A DNA stretch of 64,000 nt from Malacoraja senta. Its lineage: Eukaryota. The stretch lies in contig CM075989.1 of NCBI GenBank assembly GCA_038087875.1, positions 7,132,001 to 7,196,000 on the forward strand, in the 5' to 3' direction. The first letter of the stretch is position 1. Each line of letters begins with the position of its first letter. The position numbers and the translations under genes are program-made. Positions 1-12,136 of the stretch are shown piece by piece. Below the pieces are notes generated by a model. The model made no database searches and was not told the DNA's origin. It saw nothing but the letters and a program-made list of their open reading frames with translations.

Positions 1-14
1 GAAGGGTCTCGGCC

Positions 15-611
15 CTGTATACGAAGGGACAGAGCTGTGTGTAGTTTCTGAGGAGGCTTCACTCTATCAACGACTGCAGTAAGATGCTACTGATTTTCTA
101 TCAAGTGGTGGTGGCCAATGCCATCCTCTTCGCTGTCGCGTGCTAGGGTAGCAGGTCGAAGGCCGTGGATGCCAACAGAATCATCAAGGTCATCAGGAAC
201 TCCACTCTGTCCTGGGAGTGGAGTTGGATTAATTGGAGGTGGTCTTGGAGGGGAGGATGCTCCTCAAACTGCGGATCATCTTGGACAATACAGATCACCC
301 CCTCCATGACACACTGGTCAACCTGAGGAGCACCTTCAGCAACAGACTGGTTCCACCAATAAGCTAGGTGACACATAACGCCACAGGAGATCCTTTTTCC
401 CTGTGGCTATCAAACTCTACAACTCCTCCCCCTTCTGTCGTGGGGTAGACTGACTCCCCCCCCCTCCCTCCCATCCCAATCTATACACAGCCACAGTCCT
501 GGACTTTCCACTCATCACTTCAATTTGAAGTTTCATGTATCTTGTGTTTTCTGACTGTTGACAGACCAATTCCCCTCCTGGGATAAATAATGTTCTACCG
601 TATCGTATCGT
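15..611 (+). mobile_element. Rex1/Babar-clade LINE, 5'-truncated 3' fragment (decayed RT C-terminus + 3' UTR)
   Basis: Frame from 15 reads LYTKGQSCV*FLRRLHSINDCSKMLLIFYQVVVANAILFAVAC*GS and later ...RRSFFPVAIKLYNS, a typical Rex1 RT tail. It ends in AATAA plus (CGTAT)n. Confidence 0.8.
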
Positions 612-859
612 GACAACCAGAAATTGACACTGTCTGTTGCCACCATGCATATTAACATTGACATTGGGCCCATTGAGCTTGCTCCGACCATTGATAAGAT
701 CATAGGTGATCTCACTGTGACCTCAGCTCCATGTTGTCATCTACCCAGAGTAAGTTGGGGCCACTCTCACCATGCGTTTAATGCACCTTGAGGAAGAAAA
801 TTCCGAAGAAAATTCCAAAGAAGACATGCCCTCCACAACCTCATATTGGACTGAGATGA

Positions 860-1085
860 AAATAAATGTCTTTACACTGAGGGTCATGAATCTTTGGAAT
901 TCAATAACCCAGAGGGCAGCACAAGCTTACTCAGCTATTGAAAATATTTAATGCTGCAATTGATTTTTGGACAGTGAAGGGATCAGAAAAGTTGGACAGA
1001 AAAGAGGGCGAGACCCAGAATCAGCAATGGTCTCTTTGACAGATGGAGAGTATCAAGGCTTGTATAAAACTTGCTCTTGCTCGTA
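860..1085 (+). mobile_element. old CR1 LINE 3' remnant
   Basis: Degenerate match to the 'ttcactcagagggtggtgaatctttggaattc...' CR1 end seen in better copies in this window. Confidence 0.55.
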
Positions 1086-1423
1086 TTTTTTATGTTCTAC
1101 TTTCATCTGCTGCCTTGAAAGAAACTTGGACTTGCAGAGTGCCTTTCACAACTTCAGACATTTCAAAGCAATGTAGAAGCAATAAAATATTTTATAACTG
1201 TTCTCTGGCACAGTGCAGGAGGAACAGGGAATTCTGCAGATGGTAAACTCCCACAAACATCAGCAAGATAATGAGCACATCATGATTTTATTGATATTGA
1301 TTGTGGGATAGATTTTGGCCAAGAGGCCACTCTGAACTCCTCCACCTTTCATCGGATAATGGTATAGGGGGGAGGTTTACAGTCTCTTGTGTCAGACAGT
1401 TTCAATTTAATTAGAGCATTTTC

Positions 1424-1985
1424 AGGGCAGCACAGCCAGTACAGTTGCTGATTCACAGCTCCAGAGACCCAGGTTCAATCCTGACTCCGGGTGCTCTCTG
1501 TTGGGAGTTTGCACGTTCTCCATGCGACCAGATGGGTTTCCTCTGGATACTCCGATATCCTCCCCCAGGGGCAAGACGTGTGGGTCAGTAGGTGAAGGAA
1601 AGAACTGCAGGTGCTGGTTTTAATCAAAAATAGACACAAAATGCTGGAGTAACTTAGCGGGACAGGCAGCATCTCTGGAGAGAAGGAATGGGTGATGTTT
1701 TGGGTCGAGACCCTTCTTCAGAACGTCACCCATTCCTTCTCTCCAGAGATGCCGACTGGCCCGCTGAGTTACTCCAGCATGTGTATCTATCTTGGGTTAG
1801 TAGTAAGTTGGTTGCTGTAAATTACACTGATTGTGAGGGCAGGTGGTAATATCTGTGGAGAGTTTATAGGAATGTTGAGATATTCTAGAGGGTTTAGTGC
1901 AGGATGATTGTACAAATTGGTGCATAATGGACAACCTGAACTCAATGGGCTGAAGGGCCATGCGGTATAATACCATGACTCAATG
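1424..1985 (+). mobile_element. HE1/V-SINE-like tRNA-derived SINE (older, interrupted)
   Basis: B-box-like GGTTCAATCC, V-domain (GGAGTTTGCACGTTCTCC...), and CR1-like 3' end. Confidence 0.75.
1592..1792. mobile_element. Penelope-like pLTR fragments as an inverted pair, inserted in a SINE
   Basis: Minus copy ~1596-1721 abuts plus copy 1722-1791. Flanking direct repeat TGGGT(C/T)AGTAG at 1581-1591 and 1793-1803. Confidence 0.7.
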
Positions 1986-2269
1986 CCTGTGGAAAAACTG
2001 CTTCTCCGACAGTGTTGCACTCCTAGCCAAGTCACTGAGATCACCAGTTTAGATTTTCTTCTCAGGTTTCAAGGGTCCTATTTGGATTGAAAATCAATAG
2101 TTCAATGGTTTTTTATTGGCTCGTAGTGCTGCACCGTGAAATTCTTTCTGCATAACTCACATATGCACACGTCGCCATATTGTGGCACCATTTTCAAAAG
2201 GAAAAGTCCACCGGCCGGTCCACTTGCTGGATGTACTAGAGTTCCCCCGATTCAGGTATGGTGACGTCC

Positions 2270-3080
2270 TGTACCCTAGCCCTTGGCCTCTTGGCTCAGA
2301 TGTTTACTTCAAATAAAATGGATAGGCAAAATCTTCCGAACGATAGGCGAAGTATTATCCACAGAGAAATGGCTGACTTCTCTCAGGACCTTCGTCCTTA
2401 TTGAGCTGCTGATGTGATTTATGTCTCACCGCGACACAGAATACCACTGTACTCCAGCAACCTCAGAACACTGCGAAATAGTCAAGACACAAAGAAGAAA
2501 GTACATCTAAGCCAGCGAAATGTTCAAGGGTATAAATATATCCATTACCCATTCATTAGGCTGAATAATGGGCCCTTTTCTGCCATATAGCCACTCCACT
2601 CTCAGTATATTGTATCTGCTTTTACAATTTACAGGCTGCCCAGAGGGCATCTTCCAAAGGCTAATTCCCTGCATTGTACTGTTCAAGAGCTAAAGGGCAT
2701 ATGTAAAAAATTAATAAGCACCCAAGGAAGACGTGAACTTTGAGAAACTCCCCCCACTTGGATATGAGGATCGGTTCCAAGCTGTGCAGAATGAGATCTT
2801 AAGCAGAAACAGCTGGATTAATATCTAGTTAGGAACAGGCCTGAGACTTGTAAAGACATACAGATAGCAATGATTTAGGGGCAGGATGTGGGAGCTGTTA
2901 CATCTGAACAAAAGCCACAAAAATGACACATGATGATAGTGAGCAGTCACGGGTGAGAGATCAGATGGCTCGCAGAGTGTTGTGGAATTTTGGAAAATTG
3001 CTCCTCAGGAGATTAAATGGATTACTTGGAATTTTATTTGAAGTAAACATCTGAGCCAAGAGGCCAAGGGCTAGAGTACA
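2270..3080. repeat. 50-bp inverted repeat pair (2270-2319 / 3031-3080)
   Basis: TGTACCCTAGCCCTTGGCCTCTTGGCTCAGATGTTTACTTCAAATAAAAT versus its reverse complement, with 1 mismatch. Confidence 0.9.
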
Positions 3081-3084
3081 AGGC

Positions 3085-3797
3085 ATCAGAATCAGAATCA
3101 GAATACTGCTTTATTAGACAAGTATGTTTTGCAACTTACGAGGAATTTGATTTGCCATACAGTCATACCTACAAAGCGCAACAGAACACACAAAATATAT
3201 TAAATGACACCCAAATACATTTTTAACATGAACATCCACCACAGTGACTCCCCCACATTCCTCACTGTGATGGAAGGCAAAAAATGTTCAAACTCATCCC
3301 TTCTGTGTTCTCCCGCGGTCAGAGGCCTCAAGCCTTCCGTTGACGGGACGATCTTCACTCCTGTAGCTGGCGGTCGAACCCTCCGCGTCGGGGCGATAAA
3401 GCTCCCGCATCGGTGGGGATCTCAGCTGCCCCGCGCCGGGCGATCAGACCCCAGGTCAAGGCTGGTCGAACCTCCTGCGACTCTGGAGCTTCCCGTCGTC
3501 AGTCTCTACCCGAGCGCCTTGATGGTGAAATCCACAGGCCGCAGTTGCGGCATCGATCCCAGGCAAGGGATCGCAGGCTCCGATGGTAAGTTCACAGCCC
3601 CACAGTGAGGCTCAAAGACGGTCTCGAGCAAAGCAGCCAACTCTATGATGATAGGCCACAGAGTGACCGGAGATACGACCCGGAAAACAATCGCATCTCT
3701 GGCAAGGTTTGAGATTGAAAACAAGTTTTAAAACACACTAAAAATAACAAAAAAGACGAAAAGACAGACTGACGAGGCTGATTAGCGGCACCACCCG
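3085..3797 (-). mobile_element. GC-rich non-coding retroposon with (TCTGAT)n tail
   Basis: Homologous to 24096-24856 and 28165-28567. It carries a conserved hairpin at 3235-3274 and a microsatellite 3' tail. Confidence 0.75.
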
Positions 3798-3843
3798 ATC
3801 ATCACCATAACTTGAAAGAGGAATGGCGGAGATAAAGCAGCAA

Positions 3844-4160
3844 GGGCAGTGCGGTGGCGCAAGCGGGTAGAGCTGCTGCCTCATAGGCCCGGGTTCGATC
3901 CTGACCTCCAGTGCTGTCTGTGTAGAATTTGCATGTTGTGATCACATGGGTTTCCTCGAGCGCTCCGGTTTCCTCCCACATCCCAAAGGCGTGCGGGTTT
4001 GTAGGTTAAAAGGCTTCTGCAAAATGGCCCCTATTGGGCAGGGAGCGCATGCGAAAGTGGAATAGCTTAGAACTAGCATGAACGGGTGATCAATAGTCAG
4101 CGTGGATGGTGGGCCCGTGGACCTGTTTCCATGCTGTATCTTCCAATAAATCAATTCAAT
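3844..4160 (+). mobile_element. HE1/V-SINE-like SINE
   Basis: A box TGGCGCAAGCGG, B box GGTTCGATCC, V-domain and CR1-derived tail. Confidence 0.85.
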
Positions 4161-4563
4161 CAAAGGAATGATTATTTTCTTTCCCCTCTTTAAACTGAAT
4201 CCCATTGGAATTTCAACTGCCCATTCTAACTATCCACCACTCCTGTGTTCACTGACTGAAATTGACTCCCATTCAGAGTCTCAATTAAAATAATCCTTAT
4301 CCTATCATTGCTTTGTATTCTCCCATTACCTCATCAAATTCCTATTTTTTTTAATCTCTTCAGTTCTGCAACAGTCAGAGTTCTCTATGTTCCACTAAAT
4401 ACTTGCATGTTCAGAAGATCAGTCCACAACTGATCATGGGTATATCCTGACGTTCAATCTTTCTGCTACTGGTGAGTTAGACTTCAGCTGTTAGCAACTT
4501 AAACTCTGGAATTCCCACCTATATCCTCTCAGCATCTTTCTCCCCCATTGAGATGCTCCATAT

Positions 4564-5043
4564 ATAGAAACATAGAAAATAAGTGCTGGAGTAGGCCATA
4601 CGGCCCTTTGAGCCAGCTCCGCCATTCAATATGATCATGGCTGATCATCCTAAATCTGTACCCCGTTCCTGCTTAATCCCCATATCCCTTGATTCCATTA
4701 GTGTTGTGCTTCCTTGACTCTAGCTTTAGGTGACATGCCTTCTTATGTGGTTTGCTGTCGAAATAATGTTATAGGAGCAGAATTAGGCCATTCGGCCCAT
4801 CGAGTCTACTCCGCCATTCAATCGTGGCTGATCTATCTTTCCCTCTCAACCCCATTCTCCTGCCTTCTCCCCATAAAAACCTGATATCCTGACTAATCAA
4901 GAATTTATCAATCTCCGCCTTAAAAATACCCAATGGCTTGGCCAGCACAACTATCTGTGGCAATGAACTCCAGAGGTTCACCACCCTCTGACTAAAGAAA
5001 TTCCTCCTCATCTCCTTTCTAAAGGTACATCCTTTTATTCTGA
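4564..5043 (-). mobile_element. two CR1 LINE 3' fragments (4564-4700, 4770-5043)
   Basis: ORF text RRNFFSQRVVNLWSSLP...FKAEIDKFL and a (TTTCTATG)n-type tail. Confidence 0.85.
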
Positions 5044-5433
5044 GTAAAATATTTTCGCTGATACATCTATTGCGCCTTTAACATATTAATAGAGTTGGTG
5101 TCATCTACCAATCTCATGGATGTTGTGGATGAGGATGAGAGTGAGTGAGCAGAATATCTAACGACACTCCGTACATTTGGAATCGTGTAGTCTGGACTGT
5201 AATAAAATACAGATCAGAGCCACACGCTGTGCACATATTTTCCATTCCATTGACTTAAATCAAAGTGAAAATTGGAAAAAAAAAATTGGCAATTTATATT
5301 TGATTTATCCAATTGCTCAAAGTCAAACATGCCCTTTATGTGAAACACTTAGAGGTGTCTCCAGGAGGTGTGAAAGTAAAGAATTAAGGTCTCCTCCTGT
5401 GTGATTTGCAAAATACTAGTATACATTATCAAT

Positions 5434-5604
5434 GATAGACACAAAATGCTGGAGTAACTTAGCGGGTCAGGCAGCATCTCTGGAGGAAACGAACAGGTGA
5501 CATTTCTGTTCCTTCTCTCCAGAGATGCTGCCTGGCCTGTTGAGTTACTCCAGCATTTTGTGTCTATCTTCGGTGTAATCTGCATCTGCAGTTTCTTCTT
5601 ACAC
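5434..5604. mobile_element. Penelope-like pLTR fragments, inverted pair
   Basis: GATAGACACAAAATGCTGGAGTAACT...AGTTACTCCAGCATTTTGTGTCTATC fold-back. Confidence 0.7.
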
Positions 5605-5669
5605 ATGTATATCATTAGTGAGTAATCAGGTAAGGTGCTTAATTGTTTATTTAGGGTACTCAATACAAA

Positions 5670-6265
5670 TGTAGCTCATGCTTCAGTTGTACGGGGCATT
5701 GATGAGACCACACCTGGAGTACAATGTACAATATTGATCCCATTATTTCTGGAAGGGTGTTAATACTTTGGAAGCAGTTTGGAGAAGACTTAAGGGCCTG
5801 TCCCACTTGGTGATTTTTTCGGTGACTGCCGGCATCATTGACTGATGTATCAGGTCACCGAAAAATTTGCGGCGTGATGCGTCATGATGACATATGACGC
5901 GCGGTGTTTTTTCAAGTGTCACAACATTTTATTTTGTCGCCGCTGGATTTTGAAGATCCACTGATATGACGCTGGCAGTCGCCGAAAAAAATGGCCAAGT
6001 GGGGCAGGCCCTTTACTGGACTCATAACTGGAATGAAGGTTGAGATGTGAGGGAAGTTGGGAGAGGTTATGTTTTGCATCTGCTGGAATTCAAAAGAGTG
6101 AGGGGAAACTTGACTAAAAACAAATGCAGTCCTGAGGACTCTTTACAGGGTGAACTTTAAAAAAATGGTTGGTCTTGCAGGGGAATCTTCAACTGGGGAT
6201 AACTGTTTTAAAGAGTCAGGGGTCCCCCAATTAAGTAAAAAATGAGCTGAATAATTTTTCTCTGA
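5670..6265 (+). mobile_element. decayed CR1 RT fragment hosting a MITE
   Basis: RPHLEY...RR(F)T.LI.GM motif becomes continuous once the MITE and one TTA are removed. Confidence 0.7.
5793..6012. mobile_element. PIF/Harbinger-like MITE
   Basis: TIR AGGGCCTGTCCCACTTGG / CCAAGTGGGGCAGGCCCT, TTA TSD at 5790-5792 and 6013-6015. Confidence 0.85.
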
Positions 6266-6291
6266 GGATTATGGACCCTCTTCCTCAAAGG

Positions 6292-6410
6292 ATTCAAGAG
6301 ATTCAAGAGAGTTTATTGTCATGTGTCCCAGATAGGACAATGAAATTCTTGCTACAACAGAATATTGTAGGCATAAATAAATACAGAACAGATCAGTGTG
6401 TCCATACACC

Positions 6411-6454
<44 letters not shown>

Positions 6455-6640
6455 CATAAATAAGCATATTAAGTGCAATAGGCTTTTAAAGTTCAGATTT
6501 TTGTTTGAGTTGAGTTTAATAGTCTGATGGCTGTGGGGAAGTAGCTGTTCCTGAACCTGGATGTTGCCAATTTCAGGCTCCTGTACCTTCTACCTGAAGG
6601 CAGCGGAGAGATGAGTGTGTGGCCAGGATGGTGTGGGTCT
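6292..6640 (-). mobile_element. Rex1/Babar-like LINE 3' fragment containing (TA)n
   Basis: Homologous to 9394-9740; (TA)n at 6417-6447. Confidence 0.7.
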
Positions 6641-7127
6641 TAGGCAGGCAGACGTAGAGAAAGATGAACAGTGGTTTCCTTGGTTTGGATATTCCCATCC
6701 GCATTGACCGGGAATTCACCATGCAGTGTAACCAGACCAAGTCAAATCCAGGCTGCACGCCATTATTCAGTGAGAGTAAGATTGATTCCTACAAGGGTCT
6801 GTTTTTAACATTGCATGGGTTTTTCAGTAAATTCTCAGCCAGCTAATTTTCAACTGCAGGTAATCATGTTCCCTGCTAAAATGACATCTTTATATAGTGC
6901 GACAAGCCGCCTACTCTTCAATCTACCAATTTTAAGTACCATTGTGAATGAGACTGAATATAATTGAAAAGTTTTTTTCATTAGCTTGAGACTTGAATTG
7001 AATCAAAGTTTCCCACAGGCGGAGAACAGCCGGTGTGATACATTGCTTCAAGGTCAGCCCATTCATTCTAACTTTATTCTGTTGCACATCTTGGTCCTTA
7101 CAGAAAATGATGATGGAGAGCAGGGAG

Positions 7128-7670
7128 ATGATACAGCGTGGAAACGGGCCCTTCAGCCCAACTTGCCCACACCAGCCAACGTGTCCCAGCTACACTAGTC
7201 CACCTGCCTGAGCTTGGTCCATATTCCTCCAAACTTGTCCTATCCATGTACCTGTCTAACTGTTTCTTAAACGTTCGGATAGTACCTGCCTCAGCTACCT
7301 TCTCTGGCAGCTTGTTCCATACACCCACCACCCTTAGTGTGAAAAAGTCACCCCTCAGAATCCTATTTAATCTTTTCCCCTTCACCTTGAACCTATGTCC
7401 TCTGGTCCTCAATTCCCCTACTCTGGGCAAGAGATTCTGTACATCCTGATCTATTCCTCTCATGATTTTATACACCTCTATAAGATCACCCCTCATCCTC
7501 CTGCGCTCCAAGGAATAGAGACCCAGTCTACTCAACCTCTCCCTATAGCTCACACCCTCTAGTCCTGGCAACATCCTCGTAAATCTTCTCAGAACCCTTT
7601 CAAGCTTGACAATATCTTTCTAATAACATGGTGCCCAGAACCGAATACAATACTCTAAATGCGGTCTCAT
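7128..7670 (-). mobile_element. CR1 LINE 3' fragment, RT C-terminus
   Basis: ORF 7098-7574: LPGLEGVSYRERLSRLGLYSLERRRMRGDLIEVYKIMRG...VGVWNKLP. Confidence 0.92.
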
Positions 7671-7674
7671 ATAG

Positions 7675-7920
7675 GGAGACCGCATTTAGATAGGGAGGAG
7701 GGATTAGAGGAGGAGTAAATGAGGAGGAAATGAAGGAAATGAAACTGGAACGATGAGAGTAGGGGATTGATCGGTTCTTGACTAGTAACGGTGTCAAAAG
7801 TTAAGGGAAGAAGGCAAGTGAATGGGGTTCAGAGGGAAAAATAGAATCAGCCATATCTAATGGCAGAGGAGACTCGATGGGCCAAATGGTCTTATTCTGC
7901 TCCTGCATCTTTTGGTCTTA
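7675..7920 (+). mobile_element. CR1 3' fragment
   Basis: Ends GACTCGATGGGCCAAATGG..., the CR1 3' UTR. Confidence 0.65.
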
Positions 7921-8509
7921 GTAAGTGAGAAGCGAGAGGAGGGAAGAACAGAGTGTTCATGGAGGAGAAAAAAGGATGCAAGGAAAGAGAGAGGGAAGGA
8001 TGTGGAGAAAGATTGGAGAAAACACAAGGCAAAAATTGTGCTACCCCATAAATAAATAAAATAAATAAAAGAGCAGAATAAAGTTTGGTGATTAAGCCAT
8101 GGATGTTTTTAGCCGGTTGACACTTAATAATGCTGCTTATTTAATGTTGCCGACTGTAATTAAATTGTTTGCAACCCCTTATTTTTCATTGAATTAAATG
8201 TGAAGCAATATCAAAACACGGGTGTGTTGTAACTGATTGTAAATTGCTTGTATCAATATCCTGGGAAATTAATATTAGACAACTCGTATCCTCGTGTTGG
8301 TCATAATCAAGAGGAATCAACAGAAAAGATTGGACAACACTCAGTTCTACAGTATATAATGAACTGGATACCCAACAACTGGTTTATTCAATGAGGAAAA
8401 TATCACCATGTTGAGAACAATCAAAATCATTTTAAACTGCACTCAATTACAGGCTGATTAATAATATTGGAGTGCAAATAGTTCAGTCTTTGACAAGCTT
8501 TTAATTATA

Positions 8510-9250
8510 AAACATAGAACATAATGCAGTACAAAACTGGTCCTTTGGACCACAACGTATGTGCAGAACATGGTGACAAGATAAACTAACCTCATCTGCC
8601 CGAAATGCCCTCCCGTTTATTCTTAGACTAAAGGGGAGGCCATTTAAGACTGAGGTGAGAAAAAACTTTATCACCCAGCGAGTTGTGAATTTGTGGAATT
8701 CCCTGCCACAGAGGGCAGTGGAGGCCAAATCACTGGATGGATTTAAGAGAGAGTTAGATAGAGCTCTAGGGGCCAGTGGAATCAAGGGATATGGGGAGAA
8801 GGCAGGCACGGGTTTTTGATTGGGGACGATCAGCCATGATCACAATGAATGGCGGTGCTGGCTCGAAGGGCCGAATGGCCTCCTCCTGCATCTATTTTCT
8901 ATGTTTCTAAGATCCATCTCCTTACATTCTCTGCATATCAATGCCTCTTAAACGCCACTATCATATTTGCCTCTACCACCACCTCTGACCAAACATTCTT
9001 GGCACCCCACTACTTTCTGTGTGTAAAACTTGCCCCCGTATATCTCCTTTAAACTTTCCCACCTCTGGCCTTAAACTTATACCCTCTAGTCTTTGACATT
9101 TCCACCCTAGGAAAGAAGGTTCTGACTGTCTACTCTATCTACGCCTCTCATAGTTTTATATACGTCTATCAGATCTGCCCTCAACTTCCAGCTTGCCAGA
9201 GAAAACAATTTAAGTCTGTCCAACAACCCGTTCTCGTTAAAACCCTCTAA
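8510..9250 (-). mobile_element. older CR1 3' fragment interrupted by a younger opposite-strand CR1
   Basis: Tail at 8510; the sequence resumes at about 8910. Confidence 0.7.
8603..8908 (+). mobile_element. young CR1 3' fragment with 5' fold-back
   Basis: Near-identical to 33065-33367 in reverse; ends TTTTCTATGTTTCT. Confidence 0.85.
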
Positions 9251-9393
9251 ATCTGATCACTGGGTTCCAAAACAGCCGAGGCTGACAAGTATTCAACAGA
9301 GCCTTACCTGAGCCTGGTCTGCATCAGCTCTCACTCTGTTTCTCTGCTCTCCACAATCACGTACAGTAGGAATGGTTGAGGAAGGCCATTGAA

Positions 9394-10150
9394 GAGTCAA
9401 GTGAAGAGTCAAGAGTGTTTTACTGCCATTTGATCCAAAAGGAAACACTGAAATTCTTACTTGCAGCAGCAGACAGTACTCTGGAAACACCATAATAAAC
9501 AACAAAAAATAAGCTTGGTAGAAAAAAAACAAATAAATATAAATAGTGCAAAGACAAAAACAATGCCCCCAAGTCTATGTAGTTTAGGGATTATTTGGAG
9601 GTTGTAGTGTTTAATAGCCTGATGGTTGTTGGGAAGAAGCTACTCCTGAACCTGGATATTATAGTCTTCAGGTTTTGTATCTTCTTCCCGATGGCAGGAG
9701 TGAAATGAGAGCATTGCCAGGGTGGCGTGGGCCACTGATAATGCGGGCTGCCTTTTTGAGACAACAACTCGTGTAGATCCCTTCGATGGTGGTGAGGTCA
9801 GTCCCCGTGATGGACTGGCCAGTGTTCACCCCTTTTTGCAATCTTCTTCTCTCCTGGGCATTCATGTTGCCGAACTAGATCGTGATACAACCAGTCAATA
9901 TGTTCTCTACCGTACACCTGTAGAACTTCCAGAGAGTTTTCGTTGACATACCGAATCTCCTCAATCTTCTGGAGAGGTAGAAGCGTTGATGGGCTTTTCT
10001 TTATGATTGCATCAGTGTGCTGGGTCCAGGACGGATCTTCAGAGGTATGCACACCCAGGAATTTGATGTTTTTGACTCTTCACCATTGACCCGTCAGTGA
10101 AGACAGGTTTATGGATCCTCGGCCTTCTTCTTCTAAAGTCAACAATCATT
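9394..10150 (-). mobile_element. Rex1/Babar LINE 3' fragment
   Basis: Frameshifted RT tail: SWTQHTDAIIKK...ERRRLQK.VNT.QSITG..L.TIE.IY...KKAARII....HP...L.SLLPSGRRY. Confidence 0.88.
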
Positions 10151-10289
10151 CCATCATATCGAGAGATCCTGATGCCCCTCCCCAATTGCTCACCAAATTA
10201 TTTAAATTGCTCCAACCAAAAGTTAATTCTGCATGTTTTTTTTAAAATTACAGATGGACATGTTGTTTAGTTTAGTTTAGAGATACAGC

Positions 10290-10343
10290 GGGGTAGAAGA
10301 TTGCAACCTTCTCGTGGTCCGCCCTTTTTCGACTAATGCAATC
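10290..10343 (+). ncRNA. HDV/CPEB3-like self-cleaving ribozyme fold (degenerate copy)
   Basis: P1 GGGGTAG/CCGCCCT, P2 GATTGCA/TGCAATC, P3 ACC/GGT, L3 TTCTCGT, J4/2 CTAA. The J1/4 G is replaced by T. Confidence 0.7.
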
Positions 10344-10430
10344 AACTCGACGTGCACCAACGGAAGATCAAATAGAAACAAGTTGTCCAACAACTTTAGG
10401 CTCTGCACGCCACACGAAAGAAGAAGAAGA
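10290..10430 (+). mobile_element. short AAG-tailed retroposon, family A, headed by an HDV-like ribozyme
   Basis: TSD AGAGATACAGC at 10279-10289 and 10431-10441, (AAG)n tail, homologous to 58063-58204. Confidence 0.85.
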
Positions 10431-11006
10431 AGAGATACAGCGCGGAAACCGGCCCTTCGGCCCACCAAGTCCACGCCGACCAGCGATCCCCGCACATTAA
10501 CACTATCCTACAGACTCTGGGGTCAATTTACACTTACACCAAGCCAATTAACCTACAAACCTGTACGTCTTTAGAGTGTGCGAAGAAACCGAAGATCTCG
10601 GAGAAAACACACGCGGTCACGGGGAGAACGTAAAACTCCGTACAGACAGCACCCGTAGTTGGGATCGAACCCGGGTCTCTGGCGCTATAAGTACTGCAAG
10701 GCAGCAACTCTACCGCTGCGCCACCGTGCTGCCCCTACAAATGCCAGCATAACTAACATCCCCTGCATGACCCATTGAAGGAGAAGCCATTTCATCTCCT
10801 TCTCTGCTTTAAACTACATAGATAAGAATGGTACTTTTTTTTAAATCCAGTCAATTACTTTTCCTTGTATTGATTGTTGGTAATATAGATATGAATAGAG
10901 AGGTGGTACTTAGTCAGGAATGCCCGTGACTCCAAACACTAATCCCACAGGAATGTCTCTGGAACTGTGGCGCTACAATAGTGAGAACTACATTCTGCAC
11001 TCTGTA

Positions 11007-11190
11007 CGTAAAATAAGGACACAAAGTGCTGTAGTAACTCAGCAGGTCAGGCAGCATCTCTGGAGAGCATGGATAGGTGATGTTCTGGCAAGGTACTCTT
11101 CTTCAGACCCTTCTTCAGAATGTCACCTATCCATGTTCTCCTGAGGTGCAGCTTGACCCTCTGAGCTACTCCAACACTTTGTGTCGTCTA
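11007..11190. mobile_element. Penelope-like inverted pair with 12-bp TSD
   Basis: CTGCACTCTGTA at 10995-11006 and 11191-11202. Confidence 0.75.
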
Positions 11191-11356
11191 CTGCACTCTG
11201 TATCTCTTTCTTCACTTGAGTTTGGCTTTGATGTTTTTATGTATAGCATTATCTGATTTGATAATCAATAATTAGCAATGGCGTTCATCGTACCTCCGTA
11301 CACATTGCAATAATATACTAAAGCTGAATCTTTGCTACCACCCAGCGAACCACACT

Positions 11357-11915
11357 TTAGACTTTAGACTTCAGAGATACAGCGCGGAAACAGAACCTCC
11401 GGCCCACCGAGTCCGCGCCAACCAGCGATCACCCCGTACACTAACACTATCCTACACACTAGGGACAATTTTACAACTTACCGAAGCAACCTGTATGTCT
11501 TCGGAGTGTGGGAGGAAACCAGAGCACCTGGTTAAAACCCACGTGGTCACAAGGAGAATGTACAAACTCCATACAAACAGCACCCGTAGTCAGTATCAGA
11601 TCCGGGTCTCTGGCGTTGTAGCGTCTCTGATGCCCTTGTGCCCACCGAGTCCATGCAGACCATCGATCACCCATTCACACTAGTTCCATGTTATCCCACG
11701 TTCGCTTCCATTCCCTACACACTTGAGGCAATTTACAGAGGCCAATTAACCAACAACCCCGCAAGTCTTTGGGATGTGGGAGGAAACCAGAGCAGGGGGG
11801 GAAACCCACGAGGTGAAAAGGAGACCGTGTAAACTCCACACAGACAGCACCCAAGGTCAAAATCAAAACCAGGTCTCTGGCGCTATAAGGCAGCAACTCT
11901 ACTCTGTGTTGCCCT
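11357..11915 (-). mobile_element. two tandem HE1-like SINEs (11357-11625, 11633-11915)
   Basis: Two V-domain bodies in the same orientation. Confidence 0.85.
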
Positions 11916-12136
11916 ATGCTGATGTTGTTCAAAACCGGTTCATCACCTCTGCCTCAGTGCAAGGTGGTCCAGTGCAGCACTCTCTCAACAAACAATAACG
12001 GACTATTTCTTTGCCTCCACAGATGCTGCATGACTTGCTGAGTTTCTCCTGGGTTCCTCAGGATTCCAGCATCTGCAGTCTCTTGTGCCTCTAAATAATG
12101 ACCTACTCCCATCGGCAGTGTGACACTCAGATGCAG

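Larger units (their letters stand above)
1120..2080 (-). mobile_element. ancient Deu-domain SINE relic (SacSINE1/AmnSINE1-like), interrupted by an HE1-like SINE
   Basis: The reverse complement resembles the Deu-like segment at 54955-55250. The pieces lie at about 1120-1420 and 1990-2080. Confidence 0.45.
10266..10734 (-). mobile_element. HE1/V-SINE-like SINE hosting a ribozyme retroposon
   Basis: Full tRNA head and V-domain, (CTAAA)n tail; interrupted at 10290-10430. Confidence 0.9.
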
